Source: Paracoccus denitrificans
GTDB lineage: Bacteria; Pseudomonadota; Alphaproteobacteria; Rhodobacterales; Rhodobacteraceae
Assembly (NCBI GenBank): GCA_003240735.1
Contig: QFNE01000014.1
Location: forward strand, 976 to 64,975
Length of the DNA stretch: 64,000 bases
Direction: 5' to 3'
The notes below the pieces were generated by a model. That model did not search any database. It had not been told where the DNA came from and was given only the letters and a program-made list of their open reading frames with translations. Position numbers and translations under genes: made by a program. Shown here one piece after another: positions 48,372 to 58,880 of the stretch (the stretch's first letter is position 1; every line of letters starts with the position of its first letter).

Positions 48372-49192
48372 TGAATCTCTCGCTCGTGGATGGCATCGAT
48401 CAGCCGTTCGCGTGCGGCGATAAAGCTCGGCTCGGATTTCAAAGCCCGCGAGTCTTCGCCCTCCAGAAATCGTCGGCCCCAGCCCGTGATTTCCTCGTGA
48501 ACAATGCGGCCGGGGCCGGGGGCCAGAACGACAATGCGGGTGGACAGAAACAGCGCCTCTTCAATGCTGTGGGTGATCAGCAACGCCCCGGCATGGCTGT
48601 CGCGCCACAGGCGCAGGATCAGCCCGTGCATCTGGTCGCGCGTCATGGCGTCCAGTGCGCCAAGAGGCTCGTCCATCAACAGGAACTCAGGTTCGGCAGC
48701 CAAAGCGCGCGCGATGCCGATCCGCTGACGCTGACCGCCGGACATCTGCCAGATGCGCTTTCGGCCTGCCCCTTGCAGACCGACGGATTCGAGCAGTCGT
48801 TCAGCGACGGCCTGACGTTCCGCCAGCGGCGCCCCGGCCAGCTTCAGCGGCAGAGCGACGTTATCCAGAACGCGAAGCCACGGATAAAGCGCGTCTTCCT
48901 GAAAAACGACGGCGCGTTCACGCCCCGGACCCGTGACCGGCTTTCCGTCAATCAGCACCTTGCCCGACGACGGGCGCAGAAAGCCCGCCGTCAGGTTCAG
49001 GATCGTCGTCTTTCCCGACCCAGATCGCCCGACGATCGACACGAACTCACCTCGGTTCAGGTCCAGCGAAACGTCGCTCAGGACTTTCTCGGCCCCGAAA
49101 TCAAGGCTGACATTCTGAAGCGACAGGCATGAGCCGGGTTTGGTGTCGACAGTGACGGCGACCGGGTCGGACAAGGACGACGTGGGGATCAT
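48368..49192 (-). CDS. tauB: taurine/aliphatic sulfonate ABC transporter ATP-binding protein
   Basis: Walker A GRSGSGKTT, signature MSGGQRQR, Walker B LLMDEP. Confidence 0.85.
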   Translation of the reverse strand: MIPTSSLSDPVAVTVDTKPGSCLSLQNVSLDFGAEKVLSDVSLDLNRGEFVSIVGRSGSGKTTILNLTAGFLRPSSGKVLIDGKPVTGPGRERAVVFQEDALYPWLRVLDNVALPLKLAGAPLAERQAVAERLLESVGLQGAGRKRIWQMSGGQRQRIGIARALAAEPEFLLMDEPLGALDAMTRDQMHGLILRLWRDSHAGALLITHSIEEALFLSTRIVVLAPGPGRIVHEEITGWGRRFLEGEDSRALKSEPSFIAARERLIDAIHEREIQ

Positions 49193-50163
49193 TACTTCTG
49201 CGCGGCCTCGGCGAAGGTGGCGTTGACGTAGGGGGTGTAGTCATCCAGCGCCGTCGCAGAGCCTTGGTCCTGCAGGAACCCGGCGGTGGCTTTCAGCGCC
49301 TTTTCTGTCGCGCCACCCAGGAACTCGGGGCTGGTCTGATCTTTCAGTCCCGCGAAGACATAACCTTGCAACAAGGCAGGCACGTCAGCCTCGGGCGCGC
49401 CGGTCAGGCGGGCGATGTCTGGGGCGGCCGTTTTGCTCCAACCTTCGGGATCGGCCAGATAGGCGTCGGTCGTCTGGCCGGTCGTTTTGACGAAGGCCGT
49501 GACGATATCGGGGTGCTTTTCGGCATAGTCCTTGCGCACGATCCACGTGTCGAAGGTCGGTCCACCCCAATCCGCCACGTCCTTGCTGTCAGCCAGAACC
49601 GTGCCGCCGGTTGTCTTGATCTGGTTCAGCACCGGATCCCAGATATAGGCGCCGTCGATGTCGCCACGTTCCCATGCGGCACCGATTTCCTGCGGGCGCA
49701 GGTTCAAGAGGTTCACATCATTGGGCGCAATGCCCCAGTGTTTCAGCGCCGTCAGCAACGAGTAGTGCGCGGTCGACACGAACGGCGTCGCGATCTTCTT
49801 GCCTTTCAGCTGATCAGGCGAGGTGATGCCTTTGACCGCCAAAGCTTCTGCGCTTGCGATATTGCCGACGATGTAGATCGCCTCGATCGGGACCTGCTGC
49901 GATGCGGCCGCAGTCAGAGGCGACGATCCGACATACCCGATATCGATGGAGCCCGAAGTGATGGCCGCGATGGTATCCGCGCCACCGCTGAACAGCTTCC
50001 ATTCGATGTTCGCGCCAGTCGCCTTTTCATATTCGCCCTGAGCTTGGGCATAGCGCGCAGGCTCAACGATTTGCTGCCACCCAATGCGCAGATCCTCGGC
50101 CATGGCCGGGACGGCCAAAAGGGACAGAAGGCTGGTTGCCAACATGAAACGGGGGGAGAGCAT
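49192..50163 (-). CDS. tauA: taurine ABC transporter substrate-binding protein
   Basis: Long collinear similarity to E. coli TauA as recalled: GSSPLTAAASQQVPIE, PFVSTAHYSLLTALKHWGI, WERGDIDGAYIWDP, WIVRKDYAEKHPDIV. Confidence 0.85.
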   Translation of the reverse strand: MLSPRFMLATSLLSLLAVPAMAEDLRIGWQQIVEPARYAQAQGEYEKATGANIEWKLFSGGADTIAAITSGSIDIGYVGSSPLTAAASQQVPIEAIYIVGNIASAEALAVKGITSPDQLKGKKIATPFVSTAHYSLLTALKHWGIAPNDVNLLNLRPQEIGAAWERGDIDGAYIWDPVLNQIKTTGGTVLADSKDVADWGGPTFDTWIVRKDYAEKHPDIVTAFVKTTGQTTDAYLADPEGWSKTAAPDIARLTGAPEADVPALLQGYVFAGLKDQTSPEFLGGATEKALKATAGFLQDQGSATALDDYTPYVNATFAEAAQK

Positions 50164-50546
50164 TCAGGACGATCCTTAATAAACGCGACTATGTTAAGCG
50201 TGATTTCCTATTGTTACCGCTGCCATAGAGACTCACCATTCTAAAGAGATCGGGCGATGGGGATAGAATCTTCTGCATACGCACCAAACTGGAGAAATCT
50301 TATGCTGTTTATTTGAGCAGGTTTGACCAATTTGTGGGAATAATTTCCTCTCTCGATCGCTGACATTCACGACAAATCCGCCGCCGCATCAGCCTGTCCG
50401 GAACAACCATGCGTCCAAACGCACTTCAGTGCGGATTCCGTTTCGGCAATGCTGGACGCGCCGCCGCGGGCTGTGGCCCTTGCGATCCGACGCGCCAAAC
50501 GCATGCTGGGGCAAGCCGCCACGACGGTCCAAAGGGGACTTTCTGC

Positions 50547-51671
50547 ATGACCACGCCTGACATCTTCTGGTTTCTTCCGACGTCCGGGGACACCCGCTAT
50601 CTGGGCAGTTCCGACTTCGGGCGCGCGCCGACGACGCCGTATCTGCGCGAAATCGGGATGACAGTGGACCGGCTGGGATACGACGGCATGCTGATCCCGA
50701 CCGGGGCATCGTGCCTTGATCCGTGGATCGCCGCCGCGGCGCTGGCACCCGTGACGCAGCGGGTCAAGCTGCTGGTGGCCCTGCGCACATCGATCAGTGG
50801 GCCCAGCGTGTCTGCGCGCCAGGCCGCCAGTCTGGACGAGGCGCTGAATGGCCGGTTGTTGCTGAACGTCGTGCCCGGCGGCGACGCGCGTGAGTTGGCG
50901 GCGGACGGGGCGTTCTTTGCCCATGATGAGCGGTATGAGAACGCCGACGAATTTCTGACGGTCTGGAAGCAGCTGATGGCCGGTGAGACGGTCGATTTCA
51001 AAGGCGCGCATGTCCATGTGGAGGGTGCGCGGAATTACCATTCGGGTCCGCAAAAGCCATTTCCGCCGCTGTATTTCGGCGGATCATCCAACGCCGCGCA
51101 CGATCTGGCGGCCAAGCATGTCGATTATTACCTGACCTGGGGCGAACCGCCCACCGCGGTCGCCGAAAAGATCGCCGATGTCCGCGCGCGTGCGGCAGAT
51201 CAGGGCCGCACCGTCCGGTTCGGCATCCGTCTTCACGCCATCGTCCGAGAGACCGAAGCCGAGGCATGGGCCGAGGCTGACCGGCTGATCAGCCGCCTGA
51301 CCGACGATGATCTGGCGCGCGCGCAGGCGAACTATGCCAAGATGGATTCCGTCGGTCAGGCGCGTATGAACGCGCTGCATGGCGGTCAGCGCGACAAGTT
51401 GGAAATCGCGCCCAACCTTTGGGCCGGTGTCGGTCTGGTGCGCGGGGGCGCCGGAACCGCATTGGTGGGTAATCCCGAAACGGTCGTCGAACGTATGCGC
51501 GAGTATCAGGAGATCGGGATCGAGACGTTCGTCATGTCAGGCTATCCCCATCTGGAAGAAGCGATCCGCTTTGCCGAGCTGGTCTTTCCGCTGATCGGCA
51601 AGGAAGCCGTGACCTTGCAGAACAGCAGCCAAACCGGCGGTGCGTTCGACGTCCGCGCAAAGGCATCCTGA
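50547..51671 (+). CDS. ssuD: FMNH2-dependent alkanesulfonate monooxygenase
   Basis: ORF 50409.. trimmed to ATG 50547 (SD aaagggga). Near-collinear with E. coli SsuD: [68 protein letters not shown]. Confidence 0.88.
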   Translation: MTTPDIFWFLPTSGDTRYLGSSDFGRAPTTPYLREIGMTVDRLGYDGMLIPTGASCLDPWIAAAALAPVTQRVKLLVALRTSISGPSVSARQAASLDEALNGRLLLNVVPGGDARELAADGAFFAHDERYENADEFLTVWKQLMAGETVDFKGAHVHVEGARNYHSGPQKPFPPLYFGGSSNAAHDLAAKHVDYYLTWGEPPTAVAEKIADVRARAADQGRTVRFGIRLHAIVRETEAEAWAEADRLISRLTDDDLARAQANYAKMDSVGQARMNALHGGQRDKLEIAPNLWAGVGLVRGGAGTALVGNPETVVERMREYQEIGIETFVMSGYPHLEEAIRFAELVFPLIGKEAVTLQNSSQTGGAFDVRAKAS

Positions 51672-51678
51672 TGCAGTC

Positions 51679-52167
51679 ATGACCGCACGGCTGGTCATCA
51701 TGGGCGTCGCCGGGTGCGGCAAGTCCACTGTGGGGGCCGCGCTGTCGGCGCGGTTGGGGGTGCCCTACATCGACGGCGACGACCTGCATCCACAGACGAA
51801 CCTCGACAAGATGCGGCAAGGCGTGCCTCTGACGGACACTGACCGATGGCCATGGCTGGACGCTGTGGGGCAGGTTCTGGCGACGCGCGCGCCCGTCATC
51901 GTCGGTTGTTCGGCGCTGAAACGCACCTATCGTGACCGCCTGCGCGATGCGGCCGGTGCGTCAATCAGATTCATCTATTTGTCCGGCAGCCGGGCCGAAA
52001 TATCCAGACGCATGGCGGACCGCGACGGCCATTTCATGCCGCTGTCGCTGTTGGACAGTCAGTTCGCCGCGCTGGAAGCGCCCGGTCCCGACGAGGCGAT
52101 GACGGTCGACATCGGCCAACCGATTGCGCAGATCGTCGAAGACATCGTCGCCGGGTTGCGGACGTAA
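51679..52167 (+). CDS. gntK: gluconokinase
   Basis: ORF trimmed to ATG 51679 (MTARLVIMGVAGCGKSTVG). Also YIDGDDLHP and CSALKRTYRD. 7 nt after the ssuD stop. Confidence 0.8.
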   Translation: MTARLVIMGVAGCGKSTVGAALSARLGVPYIDGDDLHPQTNLDKMRQGVPLTDTDRWPWLDAVGQVLATRAPVIVGCSALKRTYRDRLRDAAGASIRFIYLSGSRAEISRRMADRDGHFMPLSLLDSQFAALEAPGPDEAMTVDIGQPIAQIVEDIVAGLRT

Positions 52168-52200
52168 CAGCGAGCTTGCCAACATCCACGAGCCGCAGTC

Positions 52201-52575
52201 ATGCTGGACGTCATGAGCGATATTCTTAATCTGACCGGCCGCATCCTGATTGCCGCACTGTTCCTTGGCGGGGCATTCCAAAAGCTATACTCCCCTGCAC
52301 CCGTGCGTCAGATGCTGTCGTCCGTGCATCTGCCCGCGTCTGTCATCTGGGTCGTCACGGCATTCAACCTGATTGCAGCAATCGGCCTGGTCTTTGGCCC
52401 GGGCGTACGGGCATGGGCGATTGCACTGGCGCTTTATTGTATGGCGACCAGCTATTTCCACTGGCAGCTGCGCGACGACCCCTGGCAGGTGACCATCTTC
52501 GTCAAGAACTGGGCCATTGCCGGAGGGCTGCTGATCCTCGCGGCGTCAGGCCCGGGGCGATTTGCCCTAAGCTGA
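52201..52575 (+). CDS. DoxX-family membrane protein
   Basis: 124 aa, 4 TM, GRILIAALFLGGAFQKL typical of DoxX. Confidence 0.7.
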   Translation: MLDVMSDILNLTGRILIAALFLGGAFQKLYSPAPVRQMLSSVHLPASVIWVVTAFNLIAAIGLVFGPGVRAWAIALALYCMATSYFHWQLRDDPWQVTIFVKNWAIAGGLLILAASGPGRFALS

Positions 52576-52589
52576 GCCTATAAATAGTA

Positions 52590-52617
52590 AATGGCCGGGG
52601 TCTGTGCCCCGGCCATT
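52590..52617. terminator. bidirectional stem-loop between convergent doxX and proP-like genes
   Basis: aatggccgggg(52590-52600)/ccccggccatt(52607-52617): perfect 11-bp stem, 6-nt loop. Confidence 0.6.
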
Positions 52618-52638
52618 CGGATTTCGCTGATCCTGCGC

Positions 52639-54171
52639 TCACTCCAGCTCAGGGTGGCGCGCGATCAGATTGTCGCGGCGCTGGCGAAGACGCTCAAGCT
52701 CGGCTTCCTGCTCAAGGATCTTTGCGTCGATGTCTTCGACGCGCTCTTCGATCGTGTCGTAGGTCGCCTGCAGCAGCACCTCAGCCTCTTCAGGGTTGGA
52801 CGCCGTCGGGGCGTCGCCGCGAAGCGGTTTGTTCGCCGTCTCGGGCAGGTTCCAGACCGTGATCGCACCAATCGCCGCTGCGACCATGAGGTAGTAGGCA
52901 GGGAAGATCAGGTCATTGGTCGCCTCGACCAACGATGCAAGGATGGTCGGCGTCAGACCTGCAACGATGATCGCGACGTTGAAGGACGCGGCCAGCGCAC
53001 TGAAACGAATGCGCGCTGGGAACAGCGCCGGCAGGGTCGAGGCTTGGGTCCCGATCATGCAGCTTAGGCACGATGCCAGCATCAGCAGACCCAGGAAGAT
53101 GTACACCGTCTGGTCAGACCCGATCAGATAAAACGCCGGGATCGCAAAGAAGAACAGCGCGACGCTGCCCACCATCATGAACGGCCGCCGTCCAAATCGG
53201 TCGCTGAGCATCCCGACGATGGGTTGACCGCACAGGATGCCGATCATGACCGCGACGATGATCAGAACGCCATGGTCTTCGGCGTAACCTAGGTTGCCTG
53301 AAAGATATGTCGGCAGATAGGTCAGCAACACGTAATAGGTAATGTTCGTGACCAGAACGAGGCCAATGCAAAGGAACATCGCCTTGCGGTAATCGGTGAA
53401 AATCTGGCGGAAGGGGACAGTGGGACGGTCCTGAAGGGCCTCTGCATCGCCCTTTTCCATCTTCTCGAGCTGCGCAGCGAAGGCAGGCGTCTCTTCGGCG
53501 GCGTGGCGCAGATAAAGACCGATGATGCCCAACGGTGCGGCCAGCAGGAACGGAATACGCCAGCCCCACGACACAAAGGATTCGTCCGTCATGCTGGTCT
53601 GCAACGCAACGACCAGACCGGCCCCTAGAAGGAAGCCAGCGACCGAACCGAAGTCGAGCCAGCTGGACAGGAACCCACGTCGCCGGTCGGGTGCATATTC
53701 TGCCACGAAGATCGCCGCGCCGGTGTATTCCCCACCGACCGAGAAACCCTGTGCCAGCTTGCAGATCAGCAGAAGGATCGGCGCCCAAATGCCGATCGAG
53801 GCATAGCCCGGGATCAAGCCGATGCAGAACGTGCTGATTGCCATCAGAAGGATCGTGGCCGACAGGACCTTCTGACGACCGTATTTGTCACCCAATGCCC
53901 CGAAGACGATGCCCCCCAACGGGCGCACAAGGAAAGGGACGGAAAAGGTGCCAAGGGCTGCGATGGTCTGAACGGTGGGGGAGGAGTCGGCAAAGAAGAC
54001 CCGGCCCAGAGTCACGGCAACGAAGCCGTACACACCGAAGTCGAACCATTCCATGGTGTTGCCCAAAGCCGCGGCGGTAATCGCTTTTTTCAGCTTCCCG
54101 TCGTCAACAATGGTGATGTCTTCCAGCTGAAGCGGCGAGGCTTCCTGGGAAGATGCAGAACTGTCTGTCAT
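52639..54171 (-). CDS. proP: MFS osmolyte:proton symporter, ProP-like, with C-terminal coiled coil
   Basis: ORF trimmed to ATG 54171 (MTDSSASSQ...). GNTMEWFDFGVYG, RPLGGIVFGALGDKYGRQ. The tail ERVEDIDAKILEQEAELERLRQRRDNLIA resembles the ProP osmosensing coiled coil. Confidence 0.78.
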   Translation of the reverse strand: MTDSSASSQEASPLQLEDITIVDDGKLKKAITAAALGNTMEWFDFGVYGFVAVTLGRVFFADSSPTVQTIAALGTFSVPFLVRPLGGIVFGALGDKYGRQKVLSATILLMAISTFCIGLIPGYASIGIWAPILLLICKLAQGFSVGGEYTGAAIFVAEYAPDRRRGFLSSWLDFGSVAGFLLGAGLVVALQTSMTDESFVSWGWRIPFLLAAPLGIIGLYLRHAAEETPAFAAQLEKMEKGDAEALQDRPTVPFRQIFTDYRKAMFLCIGLVLVTNITYYVLLTYLPTYLSGNLGYAEDHGVLIIVAVMIGILCGQPIVGMLSDRFGRRPFMMVGSVALFFFAIPAFYLIGSDQTVYIFLGLLMLASCLSCMIGTQASTLPALFPARIRFSALAASFNVAIIVAGLTPTILASLVEATNDLIFPAYYLMVAAAIGAITVWNLPETANKPLRGDAPTASNPEEAEVLLQATYDTIEERVEDIDAKILEQEAELERLRQRRDNLIARHPELE

Positions 54172-54324
54172 AAATCCGGTGTCCCTATTCGCCTTGCTCG
54201 ACAAGGCGCTAAAGGCACGCTCACGCGCGCAGTTGCGGAGGGCGGCTCTTGTGGTCGATACACGACAACGTGTCAACCCGCAGACGGGTTGCCATCAAGC
54301 CGCAGGGAATTTTCGCCTTTAATC

Positions 54325-55242
54325 TCAATACCCTCGGGCGCGGTCCACTTGATGCAGCAACGGCTGACCCGCCATGGCGCGGCGCAGATTATCAACTGCA
54401 ACCCGCGCGGCTGTGATCGGCCGTGTCTCGGCGGCGATGTGCGGCGTGACCGTGATCCTTGGGTGCGACCAGAACGGATGGGTCCGGGGCAGGGGTTCTG
54501 TCTTGAACACATCCAGCACCGCGTGACCCAGCCCATTATCCAGCGCCTTGATCAACGCGTCTTCGTCGATCAGCGTGCCGCGACCGGCGTTGATGATCCA
54601 CGCGCCTTTCGGCAGCGACGCGAGGCGTGCCGCATCCATCAGATCACGGGTCTGTGGCGTGTCTGGCAGCAGCGTAATCAGGATATTGGCTGACTGCAAG
54701 GCGCGAGGCAGGTCCTTGCCACCAAGCGTCGTGACGCCTGCGACCGGCTTGCCCGAGGCCGACCAGCCCGTGACATCGAACCCCAGCCCCGCCAACTGCT
54801 GCGCGACAGCGGTACCCAAGGCACCCATGCCCAGCACGGTTACCCGACGTTCGTGTGCAAGGGGTGGCACCCTATCGTTGCGCCACGCGCCGTCCTGCAC
54901 ATAGGCGTCCATGCCCAGATGGGCGCGCATGGCCCAGCCGGTGCAGTACTCGACCATGCCCCGCTCCAACCCCGGATCGACCATCCGGCACAGCGGTTGC
55001 GTCAGCGTCGCGTTGCCCACGATCCGCTCGACTCCGGCCCACAGGCTTTGAACGATGCGTGCGTTCACGAAGGGGGTGAAATCCATCGGGCTGCCGTCTT
55101 CGGGATAACCGGGGGCATAAATCACGCCGTCAAAGATGGCCGGATCGCCGTCCCGGCGCAGGTCCAGTTCGGGCATCGCTGCCGTCAAGGCGGGGGCCCA
55201 GCTGTCCCACAGTGCGGGCTTGGCTGCGAAGAACACCTTCAT
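54325..55242 (-). CDS. D-2-hydroxyacid dehydrogenase (glyoxylate/hydroxypyruvate reductase A-like)
   Basis: VTVLGMGALGTAVAQQL NAD fold; INAGRG; VLDVFKTEPLP; PHIAA. Its ATG overlaps the rodA stop (ATGA). Confidence 0.75.
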   Translation of the reverse strand: MKVFFAAKPALWDSWAPALTAAMPELDLRRDGDPAIFDGVIYAPGYPEDGSPMDFTPFVNARIVQSLWAGVERIVGNATLTQPLCRMVDPGLERGMVEYCTGWAMRAHLGMDAYVQDGAWRNDRVPPLAHERRVTVLGMGALGTAVAQQLAGLGFDVTGWSASGKPVAGVTTLGGKDLPRALQSANILITLLPDTPQTRDLMDAARLASLPKGAWIINAGRGTLIDEDALIKALDNGLGHAVLDVFKTEPLPRTHPFWSHPRITVTPHIAAETRPITAARVAVDNLRRAMAGQPLLHQVDRARGY

Positions 55243-56378
55243 CGGACGCGATTCACATGGGCAGACTGGACGATGCCGAACGCCATCAGCAGGATCATCA
55301 GCTGCGTGCCGCCATAGCTGACCATCGGCAGCGGCACACCCACGACCGGCATCAGGCCCATCACCATGCTCATGTTGACGGCGAAGTACCAGAAGAACGT
55401 CCCCGCAATGCCCAGTGTCAGCAGGCTTCCGAAGCGGTCACGGTTGGTCATTGCCGACCAGATGCAGAACGCGATGATCAGCGCATAGATCGTCAACAGG
55501 CTCATCGTGCCGATGAAGCCGAACTCCTCGGCCAGCGTGGTGAAGATGAAGTCGGTGTGCTTTTCAGGCAGGAAGTTCAGCCGCGACTGTGTCCCTTGCA
55601 TGAACCCACGGCCCGACCAACCCCCGGAACCCAGCGCGATCTGCGCCTGCGTGATGTTGTAGCCTGCGCCCAGAGGATCTGAGCCGGGGTTCAGGAACGT
55701 GTCGATCCGGCGATATTGGTAATCGTGGAGAAGCTGCCACGTGGTGCCACGGGATTCGAGCACGGCAAAGATCAGCCCGCCGACAATGCCGATCACCCCG
55801 GCAAAGTACCAAAGACTGACTCCCGCCACGAACATCATCACCGCGCCGCCTGCCACCAGCATCACGGCGGTTCCGAGGTCAGGCTGACCGAGAACCAGCG
55901 CGGTTGGCAGAAGGATCAGGAAGACGGGCACAATGACCCATAACGGGCGTGAAACCTTGTCCACGTCCAACCAGTCATAATAGGCCGCCAGCAGCAGGAC
56001 CAACGCCACCTTGGTCAATTCGGACGGCTGCAGCTTGATCGGGCCAAGGTCCAACCAACGCTGCGCGCCCATGCCGACATGGCCGATCAGGTCGACCGCC
56101 AGCAGCAGGATCATGCAGATCACATAGGCGGGCACAGCGATCCCCCGCCAGAACCACATCGGCATGAAAGCCAGTGCGATCATCGCGACCATGCCGACGG
56201 CAAACCGTTCCATCTGCGGTTCGGCCCAGACGTAAAGCCGGCCGCCGGAAACGGAATACAGCATCAGGAAGCCGAAGCTCGCGACTGCGGCCAGAAGAAA
56301 GACCAGTGGCCAGTTCAGGTGCAGGATCTTGCGCCACCCGGTTGGCGCCTGGACGACTTTGTATTCAAGATAGCTCAT
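55239..56378 (-). CDS. rodA: rod shape-determining SEDS glycosyltransferase
   Basis: FtsW/RodA/SpoVE family. QPSELTKVALVLLLAAYY, LPEKHTDFIFTTLAEEFGF, GVPLPMVSYGGT. Confidence 0.9.
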   Translation of the reverse strand: MSYLEYKVVQAPTGWRKILHLNWPLVFLLAAVASFGFLMLYSVSGGRLYVWAEPQMERFAVGMVAMIALAFMPMWFWRGIAVPAYVICMILLLAVDLIGHVGMGAQRWLDLGPIKLQPSELTKVALVLLLAAYYDWLDVDKVSRPLWVIVPVFLILLPTALVLGQPDLGTAVMLVAGGAVMMFVAGVSLWYFAGVIGIVGGLIFAVLESRGTTWQLLHDYQYRRIDTFLNPGSDPLGAGYNITQAQIALGSGGWSGRGFMQGTQSRLNFLPEKHTDFIFTTLAEEFGFIGTMSLLTIYALIIAFCIWSAMTNRDRFGSLLTLGIAGTFFWYFAVNMSMVMGLMPVVGVPLPMVSYGGTQLMILLMAFGIVQSAHVNRVR

Positions 56379-56394
56379 GCCCGGTCTCTTTGTG

Positions 56395-58338
56395 TCACGC
56401 GCGCGCCCGGCCCGCCTTGGGCGGCGCGGTGGGGGTCAGGTTCATGCGGGCATGCATTTCCTCGATCCCCGCGCGCTGCCCTTCGGGATAGGCCTTGATC
56501 GGGGGCAGGCCGCCCGCCAGCGCAAACAGAAGAATGTCGCGCGCAATGGGTGCGGCGACTGCAGACCCGCCGCCGCCATGCTCGACCACGACCGACACGG
56601 CATAGCGCGGCGCGTCGAACGGCGCATAGCAGACGAACAGCGCATGGTCGCGGCGGATCCATGGCAGTTGTTCGTTCTTGATGACGCCGCGCGCGCGTTC
56701 GGCGGCGGTGATGTTGCGGACCTGACTGGTGCCGGTCTTGCCGGCCATCCGCCATTCCGGGGCAATGATGCGCGATTTGCCCGCGGTGCCCCGCGGCGCG
56801 TTCATCACCGCATCCATGCCGCCACGCGCGGTCCGCAATGAACTGGCCTTGATGCCAAGATCGGCAAATTCAGGCACGGGCTGCGCGACGCCGTCGATGG
56901 CCCGGATCAGTCGCGGCTTGACCTCGACCCCGGTCGACACGCGCGCGGTCATCACCGCCAGCTGCAGCGGCGAGGCCAGAACAAAGCCCTGACCGATCGA
57001 CGCGTTGACGGTGTCCCCGACTTGCCAATCCTGTTTGTAGCGGGCCATCTTCCACGCACGATCAGGCGCAATCCCTTCGGCGACGGCCGACATCGGCAGG
57101 TCATGACGCACCCCGATGCCCAGCTTGCGGGCCATGTCCGCGATCCGGTCGATCCCCACGCGCTGCGCAAGTTCATAGTAATAGACGTCACAGGAATGTT
57201 CCAAACTGCCGATCGCATCGACCGAGCCGTGCCCGCCCCGCGACCAGCAGTGAAAGCGCCGCCCGGCCAGCTGCAAGTATCCCGGGCAGAAGAACCGCGT
57301 TCCTGCGTTGATCACCCCGGATTCGAGCCCCGCCAGAAGCGTCACCATCTTGAAGGTTGATCCGGGCGGATAGGCACCTTGAACGGTCTTGTCGGCCAAG
57401 GGGCGGTGGTCATGCTGCATCAGCGCGTTGTAATCGGCGCTGGTGATCCCCCGGACAAACAGGTTCGGATCGAACGTCGGGGCAGACGCCGTGGCCAGAA
57501 TGTCGCCGGTGTGGACGTCCATGACGACCGCTGCCGCACTTTCCTGTCCCAGACGCTGGACCGCATAGTTCTGAAGTGCTGCGTCGACGGTCAGCTGGAT
57601 TGTCGCGCCTTGCTGCCCCTCCTGACGGTCAAGTTCGCGCATCTCGCGCCCGGCGCTGTTGACTTCGACCCGCCGCGCGCCGGCCTTGCCGCGCAGTTCG
57701 GCCTCCAGCTTGGACTCGACGCCGACCTTGCCGAGCTGGAATTCCGGCAGCATCAGGACGGGGTCGGGGTTGTCCATCTTGGACAGGTCGTAATCCGAAA
57801 CCGGTCCAACATAGCCCAGCACATGCGCGAAATCCCCCTGACGGGGATAGTTGCGCGACAGGCCCGATTCAGGGCTGACCCCGGGCAGGGCGGGGGCGTT
57901 GACAGCGATTGACGAAAACTGCGCCCAGGTCAGGCGGTCGGCCACACTGATCGGGGTGATCGCACTGCGGCGGTTGATCTCTGCCATCAGCGCGGCGACC
58001 GACACGTCGGTCATGGGGATCAGGTGACGCAGACGGGCCATGACACTGTCGACGTCGCCGGCCTCTTCGCGGGTGATGGTGACGCGGTAGTTCGCCTCGT
58101 TCCCCGCCAGCAGGACACCATTGCGGTCGTGGATCAGGCCACGCGCCGGCGGCAGCAGACGCAGTTTGATGGAATTGCCGTCCGACAACACGCGAAACTC
58201 GTCGGCGCGGTCCAGTTGCATGGATTTCAGCCGCCAGCCAAGCGTCGCCACGACGGCCGCCTGCACCGCCCCCATCATCAGCGCACGGCGTCCCACGCTT
58301 TTGGCGCTTTGGGCGATATCCTTGGCCGATTTACGCAT
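56395..58338 (-). CDS. mrdA: penicillin-binding protein 2 (elongasome transpeptidase)
   Basis: 647 aa. Dimerisation domain plus transpeptidase motifs STFK, SID(N)-like and KTGT (MAGKTGTSQV). Confidence 0.92.
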   Translation of the reverse strand: MRKSAKDIAQSAKSVGRRALMMGAVQAAVVATLGWRLKSMQLDRADEFRVLSDGNSIKLRLLPPARGLIHDRNGVLLAGNEANYRVTITREEAGDVDSVMARLRHLIPMTDVSVAALMAEINRRSAITPISVADRLTWAQFSSIAVNAPALPGVSPESGLSRNYPRQGDFAHVLGYVGPVSDYDLSKMDNPDPVLMLPEFQLGKVGVESKLEAELRGKAGARRVEVNSAGREMRELDRQEGQQGATIQLTVDAALQNYAVQRLGQESAAAVVMDVHTGDILATASAPTFDPNLFVRGITSADYNALMQHDHRPLADKTVQGAYPPGSTFKMVTLLAGLESGVINAGTRFFCPGYLQLAGRRFHCWSRGGHGSVDAIGSLEHSCDVYYYELAQRVGIDRIADMARKLGIGVRHDLPMSAVAEGIAPDRAWKMARYKQDWQVGDTVNASIGQGFVLASPLQLAVMTARVSTGVEVKPRLIRAIDGVAQPVPEFADLGIKASSLRTARGGMDAVMNAPRGTAGKSRIIAPEWRMAGKTGTSQVRNITAAERARGVIKNEQLPWIRRDHALFVCYAPFDAPRYAVSVVVEHGGGGSAVAAPIARDILLFALAGGLPPIKAYPEGQRAGIEEMHARMNLTPTAPPKAGRARA

Positions 58339-58340
58339 GC

Positions 58341-58880
58341 TCAGCTGTCCATCCCGGTATGCGGCGCGCGGCGCATCCCCAGAAGATACCGAGCCAGCAT
58401 CGCCACCACGGGGTAGGTCGCCACGGTGGCGATGAATTGCAAGAGCGTCTGGCCCAGCGGCGGGCGCGGGGACATTTCAGGTGGTACAAAGAAGGCAGCT
58501 TCCAGCATGCGGTTGCCGATCAGCATCATCAGGATCAGGGTGGAGACACGCAGCCATTCAACCAGAAATGGTGCCTCTCGCCAACGGTATTCGCGCCGCC
58601 GCGCGGCCTCGGTCCCGATGACGACGACAGCAGCCCAGAGGCCGAGTGGTCTCAGCGTGATGAACCCTTCGATCAGAAAGACAGCCGCGATCAGCAGGAC
58701 CGGCACCTGATCGGGGCGCCGCAGGACCCAAACCAGCGTGACACACAGCAGGATGTCGGGCCCCGGCCAGACGATCCGCCCGGGCCACAGCGGCAACAGA
58801 CGCACCAGCACCAGCACCAACGCGATCAGCACGAACAGTACCATCGCGGCCCACTGCCTGCGGGCAAGGCCGTCAATCAT
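58341..58880 (-). CDS. mreD: rod shape-determining protein MreD
   Basis: 179-aa polytopic membrane protein in the canonical position between mreC and mrdA. Confidence 0.8.
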   Translation of the reverse strand: MIDGLARRQWAAMVLFVLIALVLVLVRLLPLWPGRIVWPGPDILLCVTLVWVLRRPDQVPVLLIAAVFLIEGFITLRPLGLWAAVVVIGTEAARRREYRWREAPFLVEWLRVSTLILMMLIGNRMLEAAFFVPPEMSPRPPLGQTLLQFIATVATYPVVAMLARYLLGMRRAPHTGMDS

